Shown here: positions 13,101 to 25,600 of the stretch, one piece after another
Position numbering within the stretch: position 1 is the first letter of the stretch
Layout of the letters: every line of letters begins with the position of its first letter
Source of the DNA: Vicugna vicugna
Lineage: Eukaryota
Assembly (NCBI GenBank): GCA_013265495.1
Contig: MU057656.1
Location: 62,001 to 109,771, forward strand
Length of the DNA: 47,771 nucleotides
Direction of reading: 5' to 3'
Made by a program: the position numbers and the translations under genes
The notes under the pieces: model-generated
Told to the model about the DNA's origin: nothing
Seen by the model: the letters and a program-made list of their open reading frames with translations, nothing else
The model's database searches: none

Positions 13101-14804
13101 CAGTTTGTTTCCATACAGTTCCTCATGGTATTCACTTATGATATTATGCAAATTTGTTGTACTCTTTTTAGTTTCTCCATTTTCATTTCTAATATTATTT
13201 GTGTTCTCTCTCTTTTCTTGTTGGTGAACCTGTCCAGAGTTTTGTCAATTATGTTTACTATTTCAAAAAATAGTTTGATTTAGTTTTTCTATTTTTAAAT
13301 GTGTATTTCAATTCTTTCTTCCTTGATCTTTCTTATTTCTCTCTTTCTGCTGACTTTTGGTTTTGTTTGCTTTCCTATTCATGAATTGGTTTACATAGAA
13401 CTTTAGATTATTTATTTGAAATTGCTCTTCTACTTTGAGGAGGGCCTTGTCACTATGAACTTCCCTCTTAAGCCTTCTTTAACTGTATTTTATAGACTTT
13501 GTGTAGTGTTTTGACATATTTCTCAAGATATTTTTTAATTTCTTCTTTTACTTCTTCACCTCCCCCACTTGTTATCGTACCATGGTGTTTAATTTACATG
13601 CTGTAAATTTTTCTTCCTATTTTTCTGTGATTGATTTATAGTTTCATGGTGTTATACTCAGAAAAGATGCTTGAAAGTATTTTTATCTTCTTAAATTTTT
13701 TGAGGCTTCTTCTGTGCCTGAGTAGATAATCTTTCCTAGAAAATATTCCATGTGAACTGGAAGAGAATATATATTCTGTTTGGGGAGGAGTACTGTTTTG
13801 AAAATATCAACCAACTCCAATTATTTTAACATATCTTTTTGTATATTTGTTCCCTTATTAGTTTTCTGTCTGAAAAACCAGTCTTGTGATGGTAATGGGG
13901 AGTTATAGTCTCCTACAGTGATTGTGTTCCCATCCATTTCTCCCTTTTTATCTATTAGTATTTTCTTTATGTATTTAGGTGTTCCTATATTGAGTGCATA
14001 TATCTTAATGAGTTTAATACCCTAATTTTTTATTGCTCCTTTAATCATTATATCATGTCCTTGTCTATCTTTCTCTATGGCCTTTTTTGTAAAGTCTATT
14101 TTGTGTGAAGTCATTACTGTTAGTCCTGCTTTCTTGTCATGTCCATTTGCATGCAATATACTTTTCCATCTTCTGACTTTCAATTCATCTGTGTTCCTCT
14201 TACTAAAGTGAGTCTCTTCTATGCTTCATAATGTAGGGTTTTGTTATATTATCACATCTGACAATATATATCTTTTGATTGAAGCACTAAGTCCATTTAC
14301 AATTGTGATAATTATTGATAGACTGGTGTTTATTTAAATTTTAAACTTCATTTTCCAGTTGATTTGGTATTTCCTTTTTGTTCATTTCATTTTCTTTTTG
14401 TGGCTTGATAAGTTTTCTGTTATTATCTTGGTTTCTTTTTGGCTTTGTNNNNNNNNNNNNNNNNNNNNNNNNNNNNNNNNNNNNNNNGACTTATGTTTGT
14501 TTTGTATGTATATAGAAATATTAGTATATCTTTTTATGTTAACTGATAGGAATACAAATTCTAACCCCTCCTATAGAGAACAGAAACAAGAAGAAAATTC
14601 ACTGTATTGTATTCTTTCACTCCGTGACCCATAAAAATTTTGATATCCTGTTTTACAACATCATATTTATTCTATTTTAAGACATTGTAGCTATTGCCTT
14701 TCTAATTATGCCTTTCTCCTTTCTATAGAATCCTGCTTCATTTTTTTTTGTAGATTTTTCATTATATCTTTTATTTTTGCTTAATTCTTTTATTTTTTGC
14801 TTTT
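10185..14804 (-). mobile_element. LINE-1 (3'UTR, whole ORF2 remnant, inter-ORF region), degenerate
   Basis: Decayed A-tail as (TTTA)n at ~10190-10250; minus-strand ORFs MDHWNRIE..., RETRQGCQFSQIQFNIVLEFL; ORF2 start region at ~14340; runs into an N gap. Confidence 0.92.
14449..14487. other. Assembly gap (N run)
   Basis: N characters. Confidence 0.99.
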
Positions 14805-15015
14805 NNNNNNNNNNNNNNNNNNNNNNNNNNNNNNNNNNNNNNNNNNNNNNNNNNNNNNNNNNNNNNNNNNNNNNNNNNNNNNNNNNNNNNNNNNNNNNNN
14901 NNNNNNNNNNNNNNNNNNNNNNNNNNNNNNNNNNNNNNNNNNNNNNNNNNNNNNNNNNNNNNNNNNNNNNNNNNNNNNNNNNNNNNNNNNNNNNNNNNNN
15001 NNNNNNNNNNNNNNN
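14805..15015. other. Assembly gap (N run)
   Basis: N characters. Confidence 0.99.
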
Positions 15016-15540
15016 TAAGGAGAAATACATTAAAAAATAGAAAACATTGATTAAGGAAGTTAAAACTTATCCAAAGAAATGAAAAGATCTCTTATGTTAA
15101 TGATGTGAAACAATGTGGTTGAAACAACCATTCTACTCAAAGCAATCGACATTTAGTGTGATTCATGTCAAAGTACCCATGAGATTTTTCCATTTAATAA
15201 AACAAGTAATTTCAAAATTTATATGTAACCGCATAGACCATGAGTTGCCAAAATTATCTTGAAAAAGTGTGTTAAATCTGAGTGTAATATTCTCTGATGT
15301 TAAACAGTCCAACAAAGCTTTAGTAATTTAAACAACATGTTACTGGCTCAAAAACAGACACCAATCAATAGAAGAGAATAGAGCAACCAGATATAATCCC
15401 TCACACCTATGATCAATTAACCCATGAAAAAGGAAGCAAGATTATAAAATGAAGAATAGACATTCTCCTCAATAAGTAGTGCAGGGGAGATTGAACATGT
15501 AAAAGATACATTAGAATAGTTCCTCACTTGTATACAATCC
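15016..15540 (+). mobile_element. Old L1 ORF2 fragment
   Basis: Degenerate ORF2 DNA (caaagcaatc..., tactggctcaaaaacagacac, ctcaataagtagtgc). Confidence 0.7.
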
Positions 15541-16290
15541 ATAAGTAGAGAATATCTTTCTATTTATATTGGTTACTTATGTTTCTTGCACCTGTAATTT
15601 ATAGATCAATGTTTAGATCTTTTATTTCACTTTATTCTTTTTGGTGTAAATATACACACAATAGTTTTCCAAATTTCTCTTTCTGATAATTTGTTGTTAC
15701 TATACAAGAATGCAATGGATTATTGCATATTGATTTTGTATTATGTAAGTTTACTAAGTTTGTTCATTATTTCTAACAGTCACTGGAGAAGTCTATGAAG
15801 TTTTCTATCTATGTAATTATGTCATCTGTAAAAATTTTACTGCTTTTTTGCAAGTTGGATGCCTTTTATATTTTTTTTTTGACTAGTTGTTCTGGCTAGG
15901 GCTTCACGTAGTGTAATTTACAACTTGTGAGAATGAGCTACCTTTTCTTATTAATGGACCAGGGGAACACCTACCTGTATGTTAATATTGAACTTGATGT
16001 TAGTCATGGGTGTTTCATATATGACTAATATGATGTTTAGTTACATTCTATTTAAAGTGAATTTGTTAAGAATATTTTTATAAATAAGTATAGGTCAGAT
16101 CTGTGAATAATTTTCCTACTTTTTTTGACAATGTTGTTTTTGAATTCTCTGCTTTTTATGGGATTTTATCACATATATTGATTTGCATATGATAAGTAAT
16201 ATTTATGAATCACAAATAAATCCAACTTAACTATAGTTTATAATACTTATAATATGCAATGAATTCAGCTTTCTAATGTTTATTTAGAAT
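15540..16290 (-). mobile_element. Old L1 ORF2 (RT) fragment
   Basis: Reverse-strand L1 signature (ttggatgccttttat..., ctggctagggcttc, tgatgttagtcatggg). Confidence 0.7.
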
Positions 16291-16684
16291 GGAATGTACA
16301 CATACTGAAAGAAAAATTTACATTGTAACTTGAGTGTACATTTATTTATTTAAAACTTTTTCCTATCATTTTGAACTTAGCTTATGTTGAATGGAATTTA
16401 TTTCTAAATAAATAATATAACTTTTGGTAGAACTGGATTTTCTATGGTTTACTGATACACAACGTAGCTATTATTTGCAATTAGTGAATAAAGCACTTGC
16501 CTTAAAATGCCATATTTTTCTACCAATGTCATCCGTTTCAGGACTGAGATACATATTGTTTCGTAAAATGCATTACCTGGACTTTTCCACCCCAAAACAC
16601 ATATAGTGTTATTTCTTTGTTTTTTGGTTGTTTGCTTGTTTGCCCCTTAATGGAGGCACTGCTTTTTGAACCAAGGATCTTGTG

Positions 16685-16800
16685 CATAAGTGTATTTATC
16701 AACAACATTTTGGAACACTTAACAGAAGGCATAAGGGTATGGATTATAAAGATGACAAGAAAATTTATTCATTCTAGGGACTGAAAAACCTCTGAGTGAA
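16685..16800 (-). mobile_element. Possible ancient L2 3' fragment
   Basis: atttatcaacaacattttggaacactta...ataaagatgacaagaaa resembles the remembered L2 terminus; highly diverged. Confidence 0.35.
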
Positions 16801-17425
16801 AAAATGGCAAAAATAAATTTTTGTAAATATACTATAATATTTTCTCTTTTGTAATTTTAGAGTAGAATATTAAATTACATTTGTTTTACTTATAGAACTG
16901 AATTACAATTTAAAACAATAATTCCCCCCTTGAGATTTCTTAAATTTGATTCATTATTTTTAACTAATTTTATTTCATATTTATTTACCATTTATTTACA
17001 TACAAAACAAATAAACTGATATTTATTCGACTCATGTTCTGAATATAGAGCTACTTATTTTAATGTACACCAATACATACCTACTTCCATTTCCAAATCA
17101 AATAATGTTTCACTTTAATTACAAATAAAATTGAAATAGATATATATTATCTGAACATGTTTTACACAAATTTCACTTTAAATTCCAAAACTTTAAAATT
17201 ATTTTATATTTTATGTGCATTATTTATCCTCTGTTCACATATCTGGTATAAATTTCCTTACAAAAGGAAGGAGATTGGTTTTAATTCATAAACACCAAAA
17301 TTAAATTATTTAAAAAGATTTTGTTGGAATAATATTTGGAGATCACACTATAAAAAGAAGAATCCAATATGTTTCATTTTTACTGGATGAATGAGAAGAA
17401 AACACTGGCTGAATGTTACACTTGA

Positions 17426-17458
17426 GTTGCTGGGAGACCATTTGTTTCGTGATGTCAC
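17426..17458 (+). promoter_or_regulatory. Candidate HSFY proximal promoter: X-box (RFX)-like GTTGCTGGGAGAC plus CRE-like GTGATGTCAC
   Basis: Motifs at 17426-17438 and 17449-17458, 130-165 bp upstream of the ATG, where AT-rich DNA gives way to more mixed composition. Motif resemblance only. Confidence 0.4.
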
Positions 17459-17589
17459 AGCTACTCAAGTTGAGGTCCATTGTGAAGGCCTAGCAGTTTA
17501 TCTGTGCAGGCCTGCTAAAGCAGCATTTGTTGCTGCAATGCTCAAAATCATGCAGATTAGAAAAGTAGCTGGAGATAAATTTATTTTAG

Positions 17590-18096
17590 ATGGCAAATAT
17601 TTCTCCAGAAATTCAAGATGTGTCTCATAAAGATGGACCAACTGGTTCAGGAAACTCCGGTAGATCTCTATTGTGAGATCAAACATTTTCTGGGGACTTG
17701 GACTTGAGGTCTATGATTGAAGAAAATGCTTTTCAGACTTTGAAGAATCCTTGATAAAAACACCGTGTTACACACATTGTGTCTCTGAACCAGATGAAGA
17801 TAATGATTTTCGTTCTCTGACACTTCCAAGAAAACTCTGGAAAATAGCTGGGAGTGACCAATTTAAATCCATCTGATGTGATGATAATGGATCTTTCATA
17901 GTGATTGATGAAGGTGTCTTTAAGAAGGAACTATTGGAAAGAAAGTCAACTTTCAGAGTATTTGAAACTGGAAGTATGAAAAGTTTACTTAGACAGCTTA
18001 ACCTTTATGGGTTTAGGAAAGTGCTGCAGAATTTTCAAATATCTGCTTGTCTAGCTGACTTTCTGGCAGAAGAAAAAGAACTCTGTTTTAAGAAAG
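17590..18096 (+). other. HSFY: HSFY pseudogene exon 1 coding part (N-terminus and most of the HSF DBD)
   Basis: Runs from ATG 17590 to donor AAG|GTATTC. ORF-track 17901..18113 is its frame-3 fragment containing RQLNLYGF. Confidence 0.9.
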
Positions 18097-18570
18097 GTAT
18101 TCAGAAATTTTAGTTACCACTTGGTAACTTATATATAAAATTTTATTTTGTATATCAATCAATGGTAATATAAATGTAAAGCTAGATTTTGAAAATTGTA
18201 TAAAACTACTAAGGCTAAAATCCTTTATTTTTTCTGAAAAATGAGGACAGTGCTTTAAGAAGTCAATATTATGAGAAACTTTGCTTACAACTATGAATAT
18301 TTCCAGAAATCTAAATAAAGGTATTAAGGCTGCTTTTAAAAAGTGGCATTCACCATTAAAGCAATTGCTAACTTCTTAAATTTGATCAGTATACTATTTA
18401 AATGTGTAGTTTCCAAATAAGGAACTTCAAAATGTCGTCAGCAATGTTCATATTTTGATGATATTATCTTTGCATAGTAAACTGGGAATCTGAGGTTTTA
18501 TAGGTTAGGATTATTGTAGTCTTGTATTATGGTTTAAAATATTACTAAAATGTTTATCATTTTGTTGTAG
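18097..18570 (+). other. HSFY intron (474 bp, GT-AG)
   Basis: GTATTC donor, TACTAAA branch-like motif at ~18543, TTTTGTTGTAG acceptor. Homology resumes exactly at CTG CAT TTC TAT (L-H-F-Y; human LKFYY). Confidence 0.9.
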
Positions 18571-19302
18571 CTGCATTTCTATCATAATCCAAATTTTAAA
18601 CGAGGCTTTCCCCAGCTTTTAGTGAGAATAAATAGAAGAGTTGGGATTAAAAATTCTTCTCTGGTGTCTTCATTTGCTGAAGATTTCAACAAGAAGCACT
18701 TTAATGCAGACTGAAAATTTCAACAAGAAGCACTTTAAAGCAGGGGTAATGTGGATAACAATAATTCTGATTTTGTGGTTGACACTAGTGGAGAAAGTGA
18801 ATTTTTACCTTCTGCAAATTTAAACATGCCTCTTATAAGTAAGCCCTCTACTAGCCACATAATTGGTGATACAACTACCCCGATCAGAGGTGATTATTCT
18901 CCTCCATCATCAATGTCATTTAGACCACCAGATAAAATTGCAGTGGATCAACGAGCTATTTTAAATCAGTTGACCACAGTCCACGGGCACTCTCAAAGCA
19001 GCTACACTGAAGCAAATGGCCGTGTTGTGAACTTCATTACAACTACAAGTTCTACTTCTCAGAACAGCAACTTGTCTCCCATACAGACCAATTATTTTGT
19101 ACTAATGGTGGATCCTTCTAATTTTCCAAAAAGTTATCACTACATAGCTGCCAATGAAGGTCATTTTTCTAAACTTCAACCAGGGAAACGGATCAACCCA
19201 CAATTTCCAGTGCCAGTGATAGCTGATACTTCAGCTACCTCTCTTTGAAGGCCAACTCATCAGACATCTTTAGTTTATGAAAGTCATCCTAATTACAACT
19301 GA
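18571..19302 (+). other. HSFY: HSFY pseudogene exon 2 coding part
   Basis: LHFYHNPNFKRG...; ORF-track 18751..19248 is its longest open piece. Ancestral stop is TGA 19300-19302, after HPNYN. Confidence 0.9.
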
Positions 19303-20099
19303 TATACTAGAGGACTACCAGATTATGCAGGAAAACATATATTAAAATTGATGTTGGCCAATGTTGACAAATATCTGCAATTTTCTTATTTGAACTATAA
19401 ACATAGATGTGTACCTGTATTTTCCTTATTTTTTTTAAATATTGTAAAGAGGTAAACAGGATACTAACTTGCCATTTAAAGAGAGAAAGAGATATCTGGT
19501 TGACATGATGTTTTTATGGAACATTATGGGAGTAAATTTAAATAATTTCTTGTAAGGAAAAAGAAAAAATGGAAGAATTTGGAAAAAGACTAAAACATGG
19601 AGAGAGGGAAAAGAACTTAATGGTTTCTGGTCCATCCTTGAAAGTACGAAAAGTGTTAAGTTAGGATAGTTTGGAACAGGAGATAAATGCAGGAACCAGC
19701 CCAGGGATCATGGTCTCTATTATGTCATCCCTGGAATCAAAAAGATCACATGATATATTCTCAGATGGCACATTCAGCATGTGGTAGAATTTAAGAAGTA
19801 ATTTTATCTATGGTCTTCTTTGTGCTGTTTTCAAAGCATTCAAATTGGTGCTTTCATTTACTGCCCTCAAGAGTCTACACTATACTTTATAATCAATAAT
19901 TTATGTTGCTTTTATGTTCCAGCCAAAGACAAGTTTACGTCCTCAGGGTGGCACTCAATGCCTTTCCAACTCTAAGCACACAAACTCAACTTACTTTAGT
20001 CTTTTCTTTATAAATCTGGCATCTTACTACCTTGGCATATCTTATGTTTCACTGTATCTGGAGATTTATCCAGGCAAATGCTTGTCAAAAGTGTTAGTT

Positions 20100-20300
20100 C
20101 CAACCTCAATACTTTTAATCCAGCTCATCCTTGGACTTTGGTTGTCCTCCTTTTACCTACTTTGACTATCCCTGTCTCAGCACTGAAACCACCTCCTCCA
20201 GATGTTTTCTGTCTATCCTCCTTTCCTTGTCTAACTTGGAAACCAGCACAGTAAGCCCAGCACATGCCACAGGATGCATTTTAGTATTTAGTGAATGAAA
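20100..20300 (+). mobile_element. Possible ancient L2 3' fragment
   Basis: ccagcacagtaagcccagcaca...tatttagtgaatgaa resembles the L2 3' end (cctagcacagtgcctggcaca...tatttgttgaatgaa). Confidence 0.4.
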
Positions 20301-21029
20301 AATACATGTTGACTTTAAGCAAAATCTACTTTCCTGAAACAACAAAACTCTCATGGTTTTCAAACTATTTCATTATGGTCTATACACTTCAACACAAACT
20401 CTTTTCATAGCCCAAGGACTAATCACTCAAAACAGTAATTGGAGGTAGGTACAGGAGACAAGTTATTATTTTCTTCTTAATTCATGCCTCCAGAAATCTA
20501 AAGTATTCCATTCTCATTTGCTGGATATTTTCCTGTCTCTTCATCACACACCCATCACAAAATAGCTGATATTCTTCCCCATACCAATAACTATACTGCC
20601 TTCCAATTAATTTTCTTCTTAAAATCAGAGATTTGTCCAGAAGAGACAGTGCCTTTGCAAATATTTAATATAGGTTTATACACCCCACAAAACTTGTGCC
20701 CCTTCTAACCTTCACACAGGATGTATCTAATATGTAGTAGCACCTTGGTTGTGGTGGTCATATTCAGTAACCAAATTGCAATCTAAAATGTGTGGACTAG
20801 AAGGAGGTGAGGGTGGTAGAATTAAAAATTTGTCCAACTGCAAGAATACCAAATTTATACAGATATTAAGAAATATAAAATATTCATGGAAGTCTGTGAC
20901 TATTTCCCATTAATTTAAAATAAAATGTGAAGAATTTTCAAAATGTGATATGCCCAGAAATGCTTGAAAAAGTGTAGGCAAGGTCAGGGAGACTACGGCT
21001 TCTTCTCACAATGATGCAGCCAGTGCCAG

Positions 21030-21300
21030 CTGATAAGACTGGAATAGCAAAATTGAGTACTGAAAATGTGTCACCCATTGTGAAGAAAGCCTTTGATCAT
21101 CTGGAGTATGGGCAAATGGGCCAGGGTGAACTCTAGCAACATGCCACCAATATGACCGTTACCAAGAGAAGAATAGAGACTACTTACAGCTGGAGAAATG
21201 TGTCTGGACAGCAGTGGTTCTTCCTACAACAAAAACATCAAGCTTTTTAGTTTGTCAGCTGAAATTTGATGGTGGCTATGTTGTTGCTTACATTAGCATT
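21030..21300 (+). mobile_element. Possible ancient CR1/L3 fragment
   Basis: Ordered weak matches to the remembered L3 consensus (ctttgatcatctggagtatgggc; tacagctggagaaatgtgtctggacagcagt; tttttagttt). Confidence 0.3.
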
Positions 21301-22659
21301 CTGGGGTTCTGATGGTCTGGTTCAGCAGCTAGTTTCCAGCGCTCTTATCACACAGTGGGTCTTACCGTGATCATCTTAATAAGGTTCTAGACTGATAAGT
21401 CAAAAGCTAGAGTTTAATATCAAAATTAGAAATCCTAAAGAAGAATATTGTTTGTCCATCTGTAGTTTTCTACCTGGGAAATTCTAGACTATTGGCAAAG
21501 GACAAAAGTTGACTGGTGCTTTGAAAACTATACTCTGAGCTCTGCCCACTGAAATCTTCCCACTAAATACAACAAATCTCTGTACCACTGTGTGTGTGTG
21601 TGAAGATGGATTGTTAATCAGTAACTAAGTTTGTCTTAGTTGAGTGATCAGTGAATTATTCCTCTGTATCTGGCAGAATCTCTGTGAATTAAGAGTTACA
21701 TTGAACAACCAGATTTTCTTCTGATCAGGGAGAGGTACATTATATTTCTCCCAGTATACTAATTGTTACCTGTTCATTGAATCCCGAGCTGATGCTATGG
21801 CCAAGCCACTGAACCCTTGAATGTGACAGAGGCATATAAATTCTCCAGTCCCCAGAGCCCAGCACAGGACTGTATCACCTTTTTAATTTAAGCTAATGTC
21901 TAAGATATTTTCTTTTAATTCTAATTGTTGACACAACTTATTTTGGCTTTGAACACCCTTTGACAAATTTATAGTGTCTGAACCACTGACTTATTCCTGT
22001 TCACCTAGAAATTGCAATAACCTACCCTTGGACTGGAAGAGAGTGAGCGCCCTCATCATTTTGAAAGCAGTCCTCTGTCCTAATAATGCAGAACCTTTAC
22101 ACTTCTTTGCCCAGCACTTGAGTGAGAATGTTTGTTGTGGATCACAGGGATTATCCTCACATTCCCAAATGCAACCATGAGAAAACTCCATATTGTTATC
22201 CAAAATCAAGTCTTTGTCAGCATTGCATTCCCATTGCAAAACAGTTAAGAATTGAAGGAGTTCTGAGATTTTACCATGCTGAAATTTTTAGCAACCTTGC
22301 ATGTCCATTTCTTACAGATGCTGTAGGGGAGATGAGACCATCGGTCCGAGACTGTGAACTTTATCACTTACAGCAAGAGCGGTCAGTTTTAAATTTGTAT
22401 CCATTCATTAATCTCAGATGAATACAAAAATTGAAATTTTGATGCCTACAGAAGCAGTGAGCTGTTAACATGAAGAAAGTTTAAGGCATGTTGAAACACT
22501 AATTTTATTAGTATCTTTTGTATAATTTATTAGAATCACTAATTTATTAGTATCTTTACCTAGGATAAGTATACCATGACTCAAATTTACTTGCTGCAGA
22601 AACAATCATGAGAAATGATATGGGAAAAAATGACCGTTGATTTTCCATTTTTCCTGCTG

Positions 22660-25600
22660 CTTTTATTTGCATATAAATGGCATAAAACATTGTGTAAGTT
22701 AAGGTGCACAGGATAGTGATTTGATTTACAAGTATCATGAAATAAATATCGTAGCAACTTTAGGGAGAATTCATTATCCCATTTAGATAAAATTTTAAAG
22801 AAATACAATTTGTCATTTGGTTGTGATGAGAAATCTTATGGTCTACTCTCTTAACAACATTCATAGAGAACATAAATCAGTATTAATTGTAATTTTCATG
22901 TTATTAAGGGCATCCCTAGAACACATTTATTTTATGGCTGGAGGTTTGTAGCTTTTGAGTGCATTAATCAAATTCTACTTTTCCAAACCCTGCCTGTGTT
23001 AATTACAAATCTAATTTATTTTTCTATAAGTATCTTTGTTTTTGAAGTGTACTTTAATCTATAACACTGTGTTAGTTTCTCCTACACAACATAATGTTCG
23101 CTATTTTTAATGCATTTCAAACTGTTCACCAGAATATATCTAGTTTTAAAATTTTGCGATGAAAATATATTTCATAGTTATTGACTATTCCCCATACAGT
23201 ACATTTCTTGTCCCTGATTCATTTATCTTGCAAATGGAAAATTTTCTCTCTTAATTTTCCTCAACTTTTTCTTTTCCTCACCCCTTTACCCTCCTTCTTG
23301 TGAACATCCTGTTTTTTCCTATATGTATAAATCCTTTTCAGTGTTGTTATGTTCATTAGTTTAAAATTCCAAATTTGAGTAAAATCATTCAGTATTTGTC
23401 ATTCACTTTCTGACTTATTTCACTTAGCATATTACAATTTTGTTCTACCCAGTTGTTGCAAATGACAAAATCTTGTTCTATTTAGAGCTGAATAATAACC
23501 CATTGTATCTTTATGTGTGTGTGTGCATATATATATGTATATCTATATATACTGCATACATATATACTGCATATATATATATATACTGCATATGTATATA
23601 GTTTCTGTGTGTGTATATACATATAAATATAGATAAATCTGTAGATAAGATGGGTAGATATATATATAATAATCAAACATCTTTTTATCCATCATCTACT
23701 GATGAGCAATTAATTTGCTTCTATATCCTGTCTATTGTGAATAATGCTGCAGTGAATATAGGGTTAAATTTATCTTTTCTAATTAGGGTTTTTTTTCCTT
23801 GGAATTAGTATCCACATATGGAAATGTAGAATTATGTTTCAATTTTTATTTTTAGATAAATCTCCATGTTGTTTCCAAAGTGGCAGCACATTTTTCCATT
23901 CACTCCAGCAGTGCATCAGGTTTGTTTTTCTTACATCCTCACCAAACTTATGTTTGTTATCTTTTTGATAATAGTCATTCTGACAGGAGTGACATAAAAT
24001 CTCATTGTGTTTTGTACTTGCATTTTCCTGATGGTTAGAGATGTTGATCTTTTTCATGTGTCTGTTGGTTATCATTCCCCCACTGTATATTCATTTTTTG
24101 TAATGGGCTAAATGACCATAACTGTCTGATTTCATTTTCAGGCATTCTTTGTGTTCCATTATTCTGTTTGTTCTGTGCCTCTACCGTATTTTTTTATTAC
24201 TGTAGCTTTGTATTATAGTTTAAAATGAGGGACAGTGACACATCCTCTTTGCTCTTTGTCAAAGTTGTTTGTGTATTCAGTTTGTTTGCTTTCTTTTCTT
24301 TCTTTTTTCATTTTTTAGTGATTTCAATGCTTTTGTGTTTACATGTATATTTTAGAATTATTTATTGTAAGTGTCTGAAAATGCCCTTGGTATTTTGATA
24401 GGCACTGAATTTAATTTGTGTATTTTCTTGTCTTATGCTGTCATTCAAACAATATAATTTTCCTCATCTATGAACACAGTATATCCTTTCATCTGTTTGA
24501 ATTATCTTCAATTTCTGTTGTAAATATTTTATAGTTTTCTGTGTACAGGTCTTTTTCCTCCTTGGTTGGATAAATTTCTTGATTTATTTTTTGTAATGCA
24601 ACTCTAAATGAGACATTTCCCTCACTTTCTGTATCAGTCAGATTCTTGTTAGTGTGTAGAAATGCAATATTTCTGTATGTTAATTTTACATTCCGAAATT
24701 TTACCTAATGCATTGATAAGCCCTAGTAGCTTTGTGGCACCATTTTTAGAATTTCTGTTTAAATTATGTCATTTGGAAACAGATACATTTACTCCTTTTC
24801 TTAATTAGCTATATTTACTTTTATTTTGGATAGCTATGGATAGAATTTCAAATACTATAATGAATTAAAGTGGTTAGAGTGAGCATTCTTGTCTTCTTCC
24901 TGCTCTTATTGGAGCTGCTTTCAGCTTTTAATCAGTGAGTGTCATGTTAGTTGATTTCTTGTCATATAAGACATTAAATGTGTTGATGTATGTTTCCTCT
25001 TGCCCACTTTGAGGAGAAATATATTCATAAATATATACTGAAATTATCAAAATATTTTATGGCACTATTGAGGTGACCATATAAATTTTATTATTCAGGT
25101 TTTTAGTGTGGTGTAACATAGTGTTTAATTTGTGGATATTGAATCACATTTGCATCCCTGAATTAAAATGGGCTTAATCATATTGTATAAACCTCTTAAT
25201 GTATTGTTTGATTTGTTAACAATTTAGTATTGATTTTTGCATCTATGCTTATCAGTAGTATGTAACCTGTAATTTTTTGAGGTAATTGTTCCAGTTTTAG
25301 TAGAAGTGTGATACAGAAATTTGGTGTAGAATGCCTCCCTTCCTCTTGAAATTTTTGTAATACGCTGAGAAGTATAGGTGATAGCTCTTCTTTAAATGTT
25401 TGGCAGAAATCACCTGTGAAGCTGTTTAGGCCTGGAATTTTGTTTCTTGGGAGATTTTGTTTAATTACTGATTCAATTTCATTAGTGATAATCTGTTCAT
25501 ATTTTCTTTCTCATTCCATTCTGGAGATTAGTTCTTTGTTAGAAATTGTCCATTTCTTTAGGGTTTCCATTTTATTAGCATATAATTTGTTGTATCTTTA

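Larger units (their letters stand above)
17590..19302 (+). pseudogene. HSFY: Unprocessed (duplicated) HSFY pseudogene, 2 exons, HSF-type DNA-binding domain
   Basis: Manual translation from ATG 17590 gives MANISPEIQDVSHKDG...DLDLRSMIEENAFQ..CVSEPDEDNDFRSLTLPRKLWKIAGSDQFKSI..KSLLRQLNLYGFRKV..FLAEEKE | LHFYHNPNFKRGFPQLLVRINRRVGIKN..EDFNKKHF..DQRAILNQLTTVH..VNFITTT..HPNYN*. This is collinear with human HSFY as remembered (MAHVSSETQDVSPKD...FPRKLWKIVESDQFKSI...RQLNLYGF...HPNYN). Disabling lesions: TGA at 17674, 17874 and 19246; frameshifts at ~17742, ~18081 and ~18745; 34-bp duplication at 18677-18744. Confidence 0.96.

Noticed and set aside
1947..14340. Y-type palindrome formed by the + L1 and the - L1
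   Set aside because: The arms are independent, diverged L1 insertions with different 3'UTRs and deletion status; similarity does not extend to flanks.
17391..17686. ORFs 17391..17630 (+) and 17498..17686 (-) as genes or an alternative HSFY N-terminus
   Set aside because: Out of frame or antisense to HSFY, with no recognisable homology.
18677..18744. CRISPR-like direct repeat
   Set aside because: Two abutting copies with no spacer, inside a mammalian exon.
19341..19401. HSFY polyadenylation signal (ATTAAA 19341, TATAAA 19396)
   Set aside because: Plausible, but indistinguishable from background in such AT-rich DNA without transcript data.
21974..22421. Cluster of short ORFs downstream of HSFY as a second gene
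   Set aside because: No recognisable domain or splice structure; compatible with chance ORFs in old repeat-derived DNA.
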